Positions 31,239 through 39,874 of a stretch of DNA of 55,745 bases are shown piece after piece; positions within the stretch are counted from its first letter, which is position 1, and each line of letters opens with the position of its first letter. Source of the stretch: an uncultured Bacteroidota bacterium (GTDB taxonomy: Bacteria > Bacteroidota > Bacteroidia > Bacteroidales > FEN-979); NCBI GenBank assembly GCA_937862805.1, contig CALMDO010000235.1, positions 1 to 55,745 of the forward strand, given 5' to 3'. The notes under the pieces were generated by a model. That model was given only the letters and a program-made list of their open reading frames with translations, was not told the DNA's origin and ran no database searches. Both the position numbers and the translations under genes were made by a program.

Positions 31239-32264
31239 TTATGGTTTCGTTTTTAACCAGGAATCAATTTGCAAAGCGGCTGCTCTGGCATCTGCGATGG
31301 TATTGGAAATAGTGGCCGGGCCTTTGACTGCCCCGGCCAGGAAGACACCCGGTACAGTCGTCAGGTTATCATTGTAGTGCTCATCAGAAGGGAGGATGAA
31401 TCCGTCTTCTCCTGTGGATAACCCGAGCATTTCAACAAGTTTGCCGGTTTCGGGTTCCGGAACGAACCCGACCAGCAATATCACCAGGTCGACAATCATG
31501 CGCAGGGGACGGCCTGTAAGGGTATCCTCTGTCTTGATGATCAGGGATTGATCAGGAGCTTCGCTGCATTCCGACAGTCTGCCGCGAATGAATTGGACCC
31601 CCCATTGTTTTTGGGCTTCAAAATAGAGTTCCTCAAAATGACGATCGTACATCCGCATGTCCATGTAAAAGGAAAAGACTTCACACTGCGGAAGCTGTTC
31701 TTTTATTTCGATGGCTTGTTTGACGCCCGTCACGCAGCAGACTTTCGAACAATAAAGATTACCGACCTTCTCATCGCGTGAGCCCACGCAATGGATCAAT
31801 GCTACGCGTTGCGGGAGAGTACCTTTACTGGTCAGCAATTTTTTCCCCTGTTTGAAAACTGTTTCCACCTCGGCGGAGGTGATCACATTGTCGTAGATGC
31901 CATAGCCATACTCTTCCTTTCTTTCGGCTTGAAACAACCGGAATCCGCTGGCTATCAACAACGCCTGACCGGTATAGGAGGTTCCTTCTTCTGTTAGCAC
32001 CGTAAAATCTTGATCGTGAGCGATGATACCGTTGATACGGATTCCCGGTTTGATCTCAACCCGGCCGTCCATTATCTTTCGGATGTGGTCTAAAACCTCG
32101 CTTCCTGGTCGGCGGCTTGGAAATAACCGGTCCCATTGCGCCACATGTCCTCCCGGTTGTGCCTCTTTTTCCAGGATCAGAACATGATGGCCTTTTTCTG
32201 CAAGGGCCCCTGCTGCGGTCAACCCCGCGATGCCAGCCCCGATGATTATAACCTGAGGATCCAT
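31239..32264 (-). CDS. hdrA: Short HdrA-like flavoprotein
   Basis: GAGIAG FAD motif; CVGSRD...YCSKVCC cluster; YMDMRMY; GVFLAG. Start ATG 32264 (MDPQVIII), 1 nt after the hdrB stop. Confidence 0.85.
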   Translation of the reverse strand: MDPQVIIIGAGIAGLTAAGALAEKGHHVLILEKEAQPGGHVAQWDRLFPSRRPGSEVLDHIRKIMDGRVEIKPGIRINGIIAHDQDFTVLTEEGTSYTGQALLIASGFRLFQAERKEEYGYGIYDNVITSAEVETVFKQGKKLLTSKGTLPQRVALIHCVGSRDEKVGNLYCSKVCCVTGVKQAIEIKEQLPQCEVFSFYMDMRMYDRHFEELYFEAQKQWGVQFIRGRLSECSEAPDQSLIIKTEDTLTGRPLRMIVDLVILLVGFVPEPETGKLVEMLGLSTGEDGFILPSDEHYNDNLTTVPGVFLAGAVKGPATISNTIADARAAALQIDSWLKTKP

Positions 32265-32265
32265 C

Positions 32266-33336
32266 TTAATAGAATTTGAGAAAAGAAGGCGCTTTGGGGC
32301 GACCCATCGATTGCCCATCACGGTTCAGGAATTTCCTGTTGCTGTCGTAAGGGATTCCCATTTTGTCCAACAAAGGTTCAGCCGGAACCTGGTGAACCTG
32401 CAAACCCAGGTCCCAGGGATCGTATCCTAAAACAAGACCGGCCAGTTCCTCATAGGTTAAAACAGGAATACCCTGGCCATTTTCCCCGTAAGTGGTCCCT
32501 TCCATTTCACTGAGAGTGTACTGCCAGCGATCTAAAAACATCGGGCAACCCGGGCAGTTGGTGAGAATGAGATCAGGTTTATAAGGGGCCATGGAATCAA
32601 ATTTCTTCTTCGAACACGAGAGAGAATAACCCCGGTTAGCCTGGATAAGGTACTGACGGAAACCAAAACCACAACAATGGCGCCTTTCAGGGTAGTCGAT
32701 GACTTCACCTCCCCATTCTTCAATCATTCCGGCCAGGACGTAAGGGTACTCAGCTCCTCCGACCCCTTTCCCCGGGAACATACGGGAGTAGTGACAGCCG
32801 ATGTGCTCAACGCACCGGAGCGGTTGACCGGTTTGCTTGTTGACCAACCGGTATCGGGCCTTTTCCCCTATCTCTTTCCTGAATTTGTAGATCACATCAC
32901 TGGCGTGGGAAAGATTAGACGGTTTGTCGAATTCACGCCCGGTAGCTTTTTTCAGGTTTTCCCTGACACGCGCTTCAACTTCCGGAAAGTGATGCCATGT
33001 CTCAAGAATTTCAGTGTACAACCCGAAAGAGGTGATGCAGGAGGTGGTGAAATTCTGATAACCCGACTCGGTCATCAGGGCAAACTGCCTGGCAACCATT
33101 GTCATAGTGGTTTCAAAGGGAACTACATCGCTGTGATAACCAATCCCTGAACAAGTCGTATGCGCTGCATTTTCAAAGATATCCTTGCCCAACTCCTCTT
33201 TTAAAATCCGGAAAAACATTTTTTCGGAGGCAGGAAAGAAGTTTTGCCTTACACAACTTCTTACATAAAAATAACGGTCATCGGCGATCTCCTTCTGGTA
33301 GTCCTTCCAGATCCTTCTTTTCCCTTCTACTTTCAT
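32266..33336 (-). CDS. hdrB: HdrB-like CCG-domain protein
   Basis: SC...TTCSG...SCITS (degenerate CCG1); GCH...CCGFGFR...NCPGC (CCG2). Confidence 0.85.
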   Translation of the reverse strand: MKVEGKRRIWKDYQKEIADDRYFYVRSCVRQNFFPASEKMFFRILKEELGKDIFENAAHTTCSGIGYHSDVVPFETTMTMVARQFALMTESGYQNFTTSCITSFGLYTEILETWHHFPEVEARVRENLKKATGREFDKPSNLSHASDVIYKFRKEIGEKARYRLVNKQTGQPLRCVEHIGCHYSRMFPGKGVGGAEYPYVLAGMIEEWGGEVIDYPERRHCCGFGFRQYLIQANRGYSLSCSKKKFDSMAPYKPDLILTNCPGCPMFLDRWQYTLSEMEGTTYGENGQGIPVLTYEELAGLVLGYDPWDLGLQVHQVPAEPLLDKMGIPYDSNRKFLNRDGQSMGRPKAPSFLKFY

Positions 33337-34046
33337 AGCTCTCTCCCGTGGTTTTGACTGTTTTCAGTGTATATTTTTTTCATGTAATCGTTGTCAAGCG
33401 TATCGTCCAGGTCAATCCCCATTTCACCGGCTTTTTGTTTCGAGTAATTTTCGATAGCATTAAATCGAGCTGTTCCGCCTGTTACATCAAAGATCTTGCG
33501 AATTTCATCCAGATCTTCCTGCGGTACCTTACGGAGGATTCCCGGTCCGGTTTTTTTATAATTAGCTCCCAATCTTTCCATTACCTCCTCAATGTGCTCA
33601 TGTTCCCATTCCCAGACAGGGCCTTGTTCGGGATGTTTTTCTGGTAAAATTTCCGATGGATAGAGGCAATAGCCGTAATCCAGAATCCATTCGCCTACTG
33701 TCCGTTTGATGGCCAGTTGTTGCCTCCCCTTTTCTGATTCCACGAAATAGCCCAAATCCTGCGAAGCAGCCCTCAGGACCGTGATAAGTAATCCGGGGGC
33801 GTTACCTCTTGGGCAGCGGGTTACGCACGACATACATTCTCCGCAATACCATATGGTTTCGCTCTTCAGGAGCGATTCGATGGCTTGGTCATCATGGGTT
33901 TGGAGAATGTCGACAATCTGTCGGGGTTGGTAAGCATAAAATTCGGCAGCGGGACAAATGGCGGTGCAGGTACCGCAATTTAAACAAGCTTTGAGGCCTT
34001 CGACGAAACGAACATCACCCGCGAGGCGGTCATACAGTTCACCCAT
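33333..34046 (-). CDS. hdrC: HdrC-like 2x[4Fe-4S] protein with C-terminal extension
   Basis: CLNCGTCTAICP and IWYCGECMSCVTRCPRG motifs. Probable start ATG 34046. Confidence 0.85.
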   Translation of the reverse strand: MGELYDRLAGDVRFVEGLKACLNCGTCTAICPAAEFYAYQPRQIVDILQTHDDQAIESLLKSETIWYCGECMSCVTRCPRGNAPGLLITVLRAASQDLGYFVESEKGRQQLAIKRTVGEWILDYGYCLYPSEILPEKHPEQGPVWEWEHEHIEEVMERLGANYKKTGPGILRKVPQEDLDEIRKIFDVTGGTARFNAIENYSKQKAGEMGIDLDDTLDNDYMKKIYTENSQNHGREL

Positions 34047-34107
34047 AAGAATGTTTAGCAACCGGTTTTTCTTCAGGAAAAGATCTTCGCTGAAAAGCCG
34101 GATAATG

Positions 34108-34115
34108 CAAAATTA
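34108..34115 (-). promoter_or_regulatory. -7 promoter box of hdr-like operon
   Basis: TAATTTTG on the minus strand, between the BMP stop and the hdrC start. Confidence 0.65.
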
Positions 34116-34131
34116 AAGAAAATTTACCAAC

Positions 34132-35172
34132 TTATTCAGGCCACCCGGTGGGTATAGAACCGTTCATGATACCGGTCTTTACATTTTCTACCGCCTGCTT
34201 AATGGTATCGGAGAGAAGGAACTCATAATCGTGATAAGGTGCCATCGCAACGCCCTGGTTCGACAGGGTCAATGTCAATGCCTTACCACCGAAAAAGGCA
34301 CCATTGCAGGCATTCAGGACTTCCTGGAAGACAACGATATCCATGCGTTTAATACAGGAGGTGAGCAGGGCAGAGCCTACCAGAGGAATGGTGTTGTACT
34401 GATCCACGTCCACTCCGATAGCCTGAACACCGGCATCCAGCGCCTTGTACAAAGCGCCATTTCCGGTTTTGGCGGCGCAGGCAAAAATAACGGAGGCCCC
34501 TTCATTGATCAGGGTATCCGCATATCTGGCTCCCTGCAAGGTATCGTTAAAACTATCGGCATAGACGCCGGATACATTGACCCGCGTGTGATATCTGGTA
34601 TTAAAATAGTCAACACCTTTGGAAAAACTCACAGTAAACTGACGGATGGCGGGTATCTCCGGACCACCCACAAAAGCAACCCGGGGATTCACAGCATCTT
34701 TCAGGTTAGCCCAGTAAGCTGCCAGAAAACCACAGGGAAAAGAGGCCTGATCGACCTCGTAGTTGACACAGATCATGTTTCGCGGTACCGGCGAAACTGT
34801 CGCATCGAGCAGCAGGAATTTAGTGCCGGGATTGGCCTGTGCCGCTGCAAGGGTATAATCTGTGGCATCCCCACTGAGGGTGATGATCAGGTTGAATTGA
34901 TTTGTGAGAAAATACCGGATGTTGCTGTCGATATCCTCGATGGACGATATTTCCCTGGCTTCGTACACTACAGGAGCCTCGCCCCCTGCAGCGATCAACC
35001 CGTTGAGAGCCTGCTGGTTGAATCCTCCGTCGTCAAATCCCCCCATGCTCGAGATGAGGCCGACTTTTAAAGGGGGTGTGCTTTCCGACTTGGTGCATGA
35101 AGATGCAGACAATCCGATCAGTACAATAACAAAGAGAAAAAGAACCAGTAGATGTTTAAAATTTCTTGTCAT
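34132..35172 (-). CDS. BMP/PnrA family substrate-binding lipoprotein
   Basis: Lipobox SSC; GGFDDGGFNQ, G.LAA, AIGVDVDQ, LTSCIKRMD motifs. Confidence 0.88.
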   Translation of the reverse strand: MTRNFKHLLVLFLFVIVLIGLSASSCTKSESTPPLKVGLISSMGGFDDGGFNQQALNGLIAAGGEAPVVYEAREISSIEDIDSNIRYFLTNQFNLIITLSGDATDYTLAAAQANPGTKFLLLDATVSPVPRNMICVNYEVDQASFPCGFLAAYWANLKDAVNPRVAFVGGPEIPAIRQFTVSFSKGVDYFNTRYHTRVNVSGVYADSFNDTLQGARYADTLINEGASVIFACAAKTGNGALYKALDAGVQAIGVDVDQYNTIPLVGSALLTSCIKRMDIVVFQEVLNACNGAFFGGKALTLTLSNQGVAMAPYHDYEFLLSDTIKQAVENVKTGIMNGSIPTGWPE

Positions 35173-35187
35173 CTTTAAAGGAGTTGG

Positions 35188-35898
35188 TTACCTGGCTAAA
35201 AAAATATATTGAAGAATATTGGATCCCATTTGCAGGGCTTTCAGGCGTGTTGCTTCTGAATCTCCGTGAACGGCCTGATCTTCCCAGCCATCACCCAGGT
35301 CACACTCGTAGGAATAGAATACGATCAACCTCCCTTCGTGGATCAGGCCGAAACCTTGGGGAGGTTTACCGTCGTGTTCGTGAATTTTAGGCAGACCATT
35401 CGAAAAATCGTATGTTTGGTGATAAATCGGGTGAGTGAAGGGCAATTCGATGAGTTCGAGTTCGGGAAACAGCCGCTTCAATTGCGGTCGGATAAAGGGA
35501 TCCAGACCGTAATTGTCGTCAATATGCAAAAAACCTCCGGCTAAAAGATAGCTTCGTAAGTTTTTAACCTCCTGATCCGAAAAAACCACATTCCCATGCC
35601 CTGTCAAATGGATGATCGGATAGTTAAAGAGTTCGGGACTCCCTGCTTCCACCGTGGCAATATCTTCGCTGATATTCATTTTAAGGTTCCGGTTGCTGAA
35701 TTTCACCAGGTTGGTCAGGGAAGTGGGGTTAGCATACCAATCGCCGCCACCGTTGTATTTTAGTAAAGCAATCTGGTACGACGGAGTGGCGAATGAAGTG
35801 GTCAGAATAATCAGGAACGCCCCGGCAAATCCCCGGATGGTGAATGGTGCTCCGTGAATCCGGTAGAGAAGTTGTTTCCTATTGAATGGTTGCTTCAT
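35188..35898 (-). CDS. DUF4159 family protein
   Basis: KYNGGGDWYANP, HLTGHG, GGFLHIDDNYG, DLGDGWE motifs. Confidence 0.9.
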   Translation of the reverse strand: MKQPFNRKQLLYRIHGAPFTIRGFAGAFLIILTTSFATPSYQIALLKYNGGGDWYANPTSLTNLVKFSNRNLKMNISEDIATVEAGSPELFNYPIIHLTGHGNVVFSDQEVKNLRSYLLAGGFLHIDDNYGLDPFIRPQLKRLFPELELIELPFTHPIYHQTYDFSNGLPKIHEHDGKPPQGFGLIHEGRLIVFYSYECDLGDGWEDQAVHGDSEATRLKALQMGSNILQYIFLAR

Positions 35899-36606
35899 TT
35901 ATCCCATCCGGTTAATAAGGTTCATCGTGTGGCAGGCTACAATACCTGCTGTTTCGGTACGTAAACGGTTTTTTCCCAGGCTTACCGGCACGTATCCCTG
36001 CTGTTTTGCAAGTGCTACCTCTTCTGCTGAAAAATCACCTTCCGGCCCGATCATGACAAGGGTATCTTTTCCCTTTTGACAGGTTTCATACAGTGGAAAG
36101 GTTTCTCCTGCTCCGCACCATGCAATAAAACGTTGTCCGATCCGCTCCTGTTGCACAAAAGGTTTAAAAAATACCGGAGGGTTGAGGAGCGGCAACCACA
36201 GGCGAAGCGATTGTTTCAGTGCTGTGATCAATACTTTCTCTAATCGCTTCATATTGAGTGTTTCCCGTTCTGAATGATGGCAATATAACGGGGTGATTTC
36301 GTCGATGCCGATCTCTGTCGCCTTCTCCAGGAACCATTCAAACCGTTCGATGTTTTTGGTCGGGGCCATGGCGATGTGCAGTTTCCATGGATGTAAAGGC
36401 TCTTCCCGAATCATGGAATGTATTTCTACCCTTGCCTTCTTTGGATCCGAATCAACGAGGATGCCCTGGAATAATTTTCCGGCACCGTCGGTCATCCGTA
36501 GTTCATCACCGGGTTTGAGGCGCAATACCCTTGTACAATGTTTTGATTCATCTTCTGAAAGCAGATATTGATCGCCAATGGCTCCGGAAACAAAAAAAAG
36601 ATGCAT
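35899..36606 (-). CDS. rsmE: 16S rRNA m3U1498 methyltransferase
   Basis: H..RVLRL, EKATEIG, IGPEGDF, LGKNRLRTETA motifs. Confidence 0.95.
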   Translation of the reverse strand: MHLFFVSGAIGDQYLLSEDESKHCTRVLRLKPGDELRMTDGAGKLFQGILVDSDPKKARVEIHSMIREEPLHPWKLHIAMAPTKNIERFEWFLEKATEIGIDEITPLYCHHSERETLNMKRLEKVLITALKQSLRLWLPLLNPPVFFKPFVQQERIGQRFIAWCGAGETFPLYETCQKGKDTLVMIGPEGDFSAEEVALAKQQGYVPVSLGKNRLRTETAGIVACHTMNLINRMG

Positions 36607-36622
36607 GCCGGTCAGTTCAAAG

Positions 36623-36721
36623 TTATTTTTCGGAGCGACGAACTTCCCAAAGGATGATCCTGTAGGAGATATAAATCAGAACAGGCCAGGAAATCAGCCA
36701 TAATATGGGGGTCAGGTACAT
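36623..36721 (-). CDS. 32-aa single-TM protein directly downstream of cydB; candidate cytochrome bd small subunit
   Basis: Read manually: ATG 36721 to TAA 36623 gives MYLTPILWLISWPVLIYISYRIILWEVRRSEK. It fills the cydB-rsmE gap and is too short for the ORF track. Confidence 0.7.
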   Translation of the reverse strand: MYLTPILWLISWPVLIYISYRIILWEVRRSEK

Positions 36722-36784
36722 AGACAAAGGGGTTTGAGCAACAAAATAATATGTTATGGATATAGAAGCAGAACGAAAAACTAC

Positions 36785-37948
36785 TTAGTAAGTATGGCTT
36801 TCTGATTTCATTTCAGCGGCATCGATTTTTTTATTATTGATCGATTTCCAGGCATACCATATATAGGCTACCACAAAAGGCACCATGATTGAAACATAGC
36901 TCATGGCGGTGAGTGTATAATGGCTCGATGAACTGTTGTGAATCGTAAGTGAGCTTTGCAGGTCGTATGTGGAGGGATAATAGGCAGTGTTGTTAAATCC
37001 GGCTAGGAGGAAAAGCGCCAGTACCGTAAAGATGGTTCCAGGCCCGGCCAGCCATATCCCGGTGGATCCTCTTTTTCCTTCACCCAATAAGGGGAGTGCG
37101 ATTCCGGCCAGCACAAGCATCACCCCAATAATGAAAAGGATCAGTACCCCCGGCATAGTGATCAGATTATGAAAATATTTGTAAGGCTCCATGAAAACAG
37201 TTCCGGAGAGAGGATCAACTGCAAAGCCAGGGTATACCATCAGAGCAATAACATACGAGAGAAAGAAGATCAGAAAGGGTATTGTATTGATCAGCAGGTG
37301 TTTTTTGCTTCTTTTCCTGATGTTCTCATCGGCGATGGTATTTAAAAAATAGAGGGTACCTAAAACCCGTGCCAGAAAGAAGACAGCCAGGCCCAGGGCG
37401 ACATTCCGCCAGTTTAATACGGCTTCCAATCCGTTGGCAGGGCCTTCCCAGCGGGAGATGATGGGGTCAGTCAGGTTGATCATGCTTGTCTTGTTGATCG
37501 AGAACTCCGAACCGGTGAAAAAGGTGGAGACGGCTGCCCCGATCAGCACCGTGCCCAGCAAGCCATTGATGATCAAAAACCACTCGTAAGTTTTTTGACC
37601 CAGGAAGTTGTTCGGTTTGCTCCTGAATTCATAAGCTACAGCCTGTATGATAAAAGGAAAGAGAATGGCCATCCATACCCAGTAAGCGCCTCCGAAGCTG
37701 GTGGAATAAAAGAGCGGGAATGAGGCAAAAAAAGCGCCTCCGAAGGTCACCAGGGTCGTGAAAGTGAACTCCCATTTACGTCCCAGCGTGTTGACCAGCA
37801 TCTTTCTTTCTTCTTCATTTTTCCCGATGGTGTAAATCAGGGTTTGCCCTCCCTGCACAAACATCAGAAAAACCAAGACACTTCCCAGCAGAGAGACGAT
37901 GATGTACCAGTAGGATTGCAGCGTTTCAATTGACATGTTTTCAAACAT
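36785..37948 (-). CDS. cydB: Cytochrome bd ubiquinol/menaquinol oxidase subunit II
   Basis: GRKWEFTFTTLVTFGGAFFASFP, SLTIHNSSSS motifs; 1-nt overlap with the cydA stop. Confidence 0.95.
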   Translation of the reverse strand: MFENMSIETLQSYWYIIVSLLGSVLVFLMFVQGGQTLIYTIGKNEEERKMLVNTLGRKWEFTFTTLVTFGGAFFASFPLFYSTSFGGAYWVWMAILFPFIIQAVAYEFRSKPNNFLGQKTYEWFLIINGLLGTVLIGAAVSTFFTGSEFSINKTSMINLTDPIISRWEGPANGLEAVLNWRNVALGLAVFFLARVLGTLYFLNTIADENIRKRSKKHLLINTIPFLIFFLSYVIALMVYPGFAVDPLSGTVFMEPYKYFHNLITMPGVLILFIIGVMLVLAGIALPLLGEGKRGSTGIWLAGPGTIFTVLALFLLAGFNNTAYYPSTYDLQSSLTIHNSSSSHYTLTAMSYVSIMVPFVVAYIWYAWKSINNKKIDAAEMKSESHTY

Positions 37949-39525
37949 TACTTGGTTCCTCCTTCCTTGGGCCCGATGGATATCTGGCGTTTCATGATCA
38001 TGATTTCAGCAATGAGAAGTGCAGTAAAGACCGCGGCAAAAAGGAAGAACGTGATGACGACGGAGGAAGCATCTATTTTAGATATTGCTGCCATAGTCGG
38101 CATCAAGTCCTGGATCACCCATGGCTGCCGTCCCATTTCTGCTACGATCCATCCTGTCTGGCTGGCCAGGTAAACCAGGGGGATGGTCCACACTGAGAGC
38201 CACAACAGCCATCGTTGCTTTTCCAGCACCTTCTTTTTAAGGGCATAAAGCACCGCAATAAAGAGCAGGATGAAAAAGACACCCAATGCCACCATGATGT
38301 GGAAACTGTAAAAGGTGACAGGTACATTGGGGATGGCGCTGGCGGGTTTGTTGAGGTAAGCATACCCGAAATAGGGGAAATTCTCCTTCATTACTTTAAG
38401 TGCAGAATCCGATTTCGCTTTGTCGTCGACCGCTTTGGCCTCTTTGTAAATACCCAATGCTGTGACCGCGGTGCGTCCCTTATTGATTTTTTCTTCGACT
38501 GAAATGGCTATTGCCGATTCCTGCGCCGGGCGAGGGCTGAATTCGGGTTTAAAACCTCCCTGTATAAGATCTTCAACACCAGGCACATAAGCATCAGTGT
38601 TCCGGTATCCCAACACGGACAATAGTTTTGGAATTTCTATCTTTACCAGGAAAGCATCTTTGCCATCTCCTGCTTTCTTTCCGGGGGTCAGAATCCCCAT
38701 GGCTACCAATCCGACACCTTTTTCTCCTTTGTACAAACCCTCCATAGCAGCCAGTTTCATGGGTTGTTTCTGGGCTACCTGGTAAGCCGATCCGTCGCCG
38801 GTAAAGGCCAGGAAAAGAGAGGTGATCAACCCGAAGATGGAAGCTACCAGAATGCTACGTTGGGCCATTAGAAGCTCCCGTTTTTTAAGGAGGAACCATG
38901 CACTGATCCCGATGACGAAAATAGCGCCGGTAACATAACCTGAAGAGACAGTATGGAGAAATTTGTTAACCGCAACGGGTGAAAGCAGCACTTCCCAGAA
39001 ATTCACCATTTCATTTCTGACGGTGTCAGGGTTGAAGTGCATCCCTGCGGGGTACTGCATCCATGCATTGGCTACCAGAATCCACAACGCCGAAAGATTA
39101 GCACCGATGGCTGTCAACCAGGAAGAAGTAAGATGAAAACCCTTACTGACTTTGTTCCAGCCAAAAAACATGACTGCAATGAACGTTGATTCCAGGAAAA
39201 AAGCCATGATCCCTTCGATAGCCAGAGGAGCGCCGAAAATATCACCAACAAACCAGGAGTAATTCGACCAATTTGTTCCGAATTGGAATTCAAGAATGAT
39301 ACCGGTAGCGACACCAATCGCAAAGTTAATCCCGAAGAGGGTCATCCAAAACTTGGTGATCCTTTTCCATTCAGGATCTCCCGTCTTAACGTAGATAGTC
39401 TCCATGATGGCGATAAGGAAAGAGAGTCCAAGGGTCAAAGGAACGAACAACCAATGATAGATGGCCGTCAGCGCAAATTGAGCCCTCGACCAATCAATGG
39501 TACTGAGGTCTACAGATTCAATCAT
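37948..39525 (-). CDS. cydA: Cytochrome bd oxidase subunit I
   Basis: RAQFALTAIYHWLFVP, EFQFGTNW, QPMKLAAMEG, EMGRQPW motifs. Confidence 0.96.
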   Translation of the reverse strand: MIESVDLSTIDWSRAQFALTAIYHWLFVPLTLGLSFLIAIMETIYVKTGDPEWKRITKFWMTLFGINFAIGVATGIILEFQFGTNWSNYSWFVGDIFGAPLAIEGIMAFFLESTFIAVMFFGWNKVSKGFHLTSSWLTAIGANLSALWILVANAWMQYPAGMHFNPDTVRNEMVNFWEVLLSPVAVNKFLHTVSSGYVTGAIFVIGISAWFLLKKRELLMAQRSILVASIFGLITSLFLAFTGDGSAYQVAQKQPMKLAAMEGLYKGEKGVGLVAMGILTPGKKAGDGKDAFLVKIEIPKLLSVLGYRNTDAYVPGVEDLIQGGFKPEFSPRPAQESAIAISVEEKINKGRTAVTALGIYKEAKAVDDKAKSDSALKVMKENFPYFGYAYLNKPASAIPNVPVTFYSFHIMVALGVFFILLFIAVLYALKKKVLEKQRWLLWLSVWTIPLVYLASQTGWIVAEMGRQPWVIQDLMPTMAAISKIDASSVVITFFLFAAVFTALLIAEIMIMKRQISIGPKEGGTK

Positions 39526-39568
39526 AAGAGCAATTTTTATGAATGGATGAATGACACTTTGAAAAGCT

Positions 39569-39576
39569 CAAATATA
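39569..39576 (-). promoter_or_regulatory. -7 promoter box upstream of cydA
   Basis: TATATTTG on the minus strand in the DUF4492-cydA gap. Confidence 0.55.
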
Positions 39577-39624
39577 GCAAGTTTTCCGGTCTGGAAAATG
39601 ATTCAGTATTATTTTACTGAAATG

Positions 39625-39849
39625 TCATTTTCTCCGGATTAACTGTTCCCTCACATAATCGCTCCGCTCCTTGTCGTTGTTGAATTTGGAATTCAAAAAA
39701 TCGGGAAACAAAAAGAGCCTGAAAATGAAAAACAAAATGAAAAGTTTGACCAGTATGATGATCCACAGCTTACGGCCGACGGTCATACTCCGAAAACCCT
39801 CGTAATAAAAGTACCAAATCTTGGAAAAAAAATTCAGGATCGTCCGCAT
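39625..39849 (-). CDS. DUF4492 family protein (cydAB-associated)
   Basis: FYYEGFRSMTVGRKLWIIILVKLFI..F...FFP motif; sits upstream of cydA. Confidence 0.88.
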   Translation of the reverse strand: MRTILNFFSKIWYFYYEGFRSMTVGRKLWIIILVKLFILFFIFRLFLFPDFLNSKFNNDKERSDYVREQLIRRK

Positions 39850-39874
39850 TACAACTCAGGATTTTACACCTGAC

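Noticed and set aside
29109-34061. Selenocysteine or stop-codon recoding in Hdr subunits
   Set aside because: All ORFs are continuous with Cys codons; the TGA codons coincide with ATGA gene junctions.
34231-35070. 279-aa plus-strand ORF
   Set aside because: Antisense to the BMP lipoprotein gene and has no recognisable motifs.
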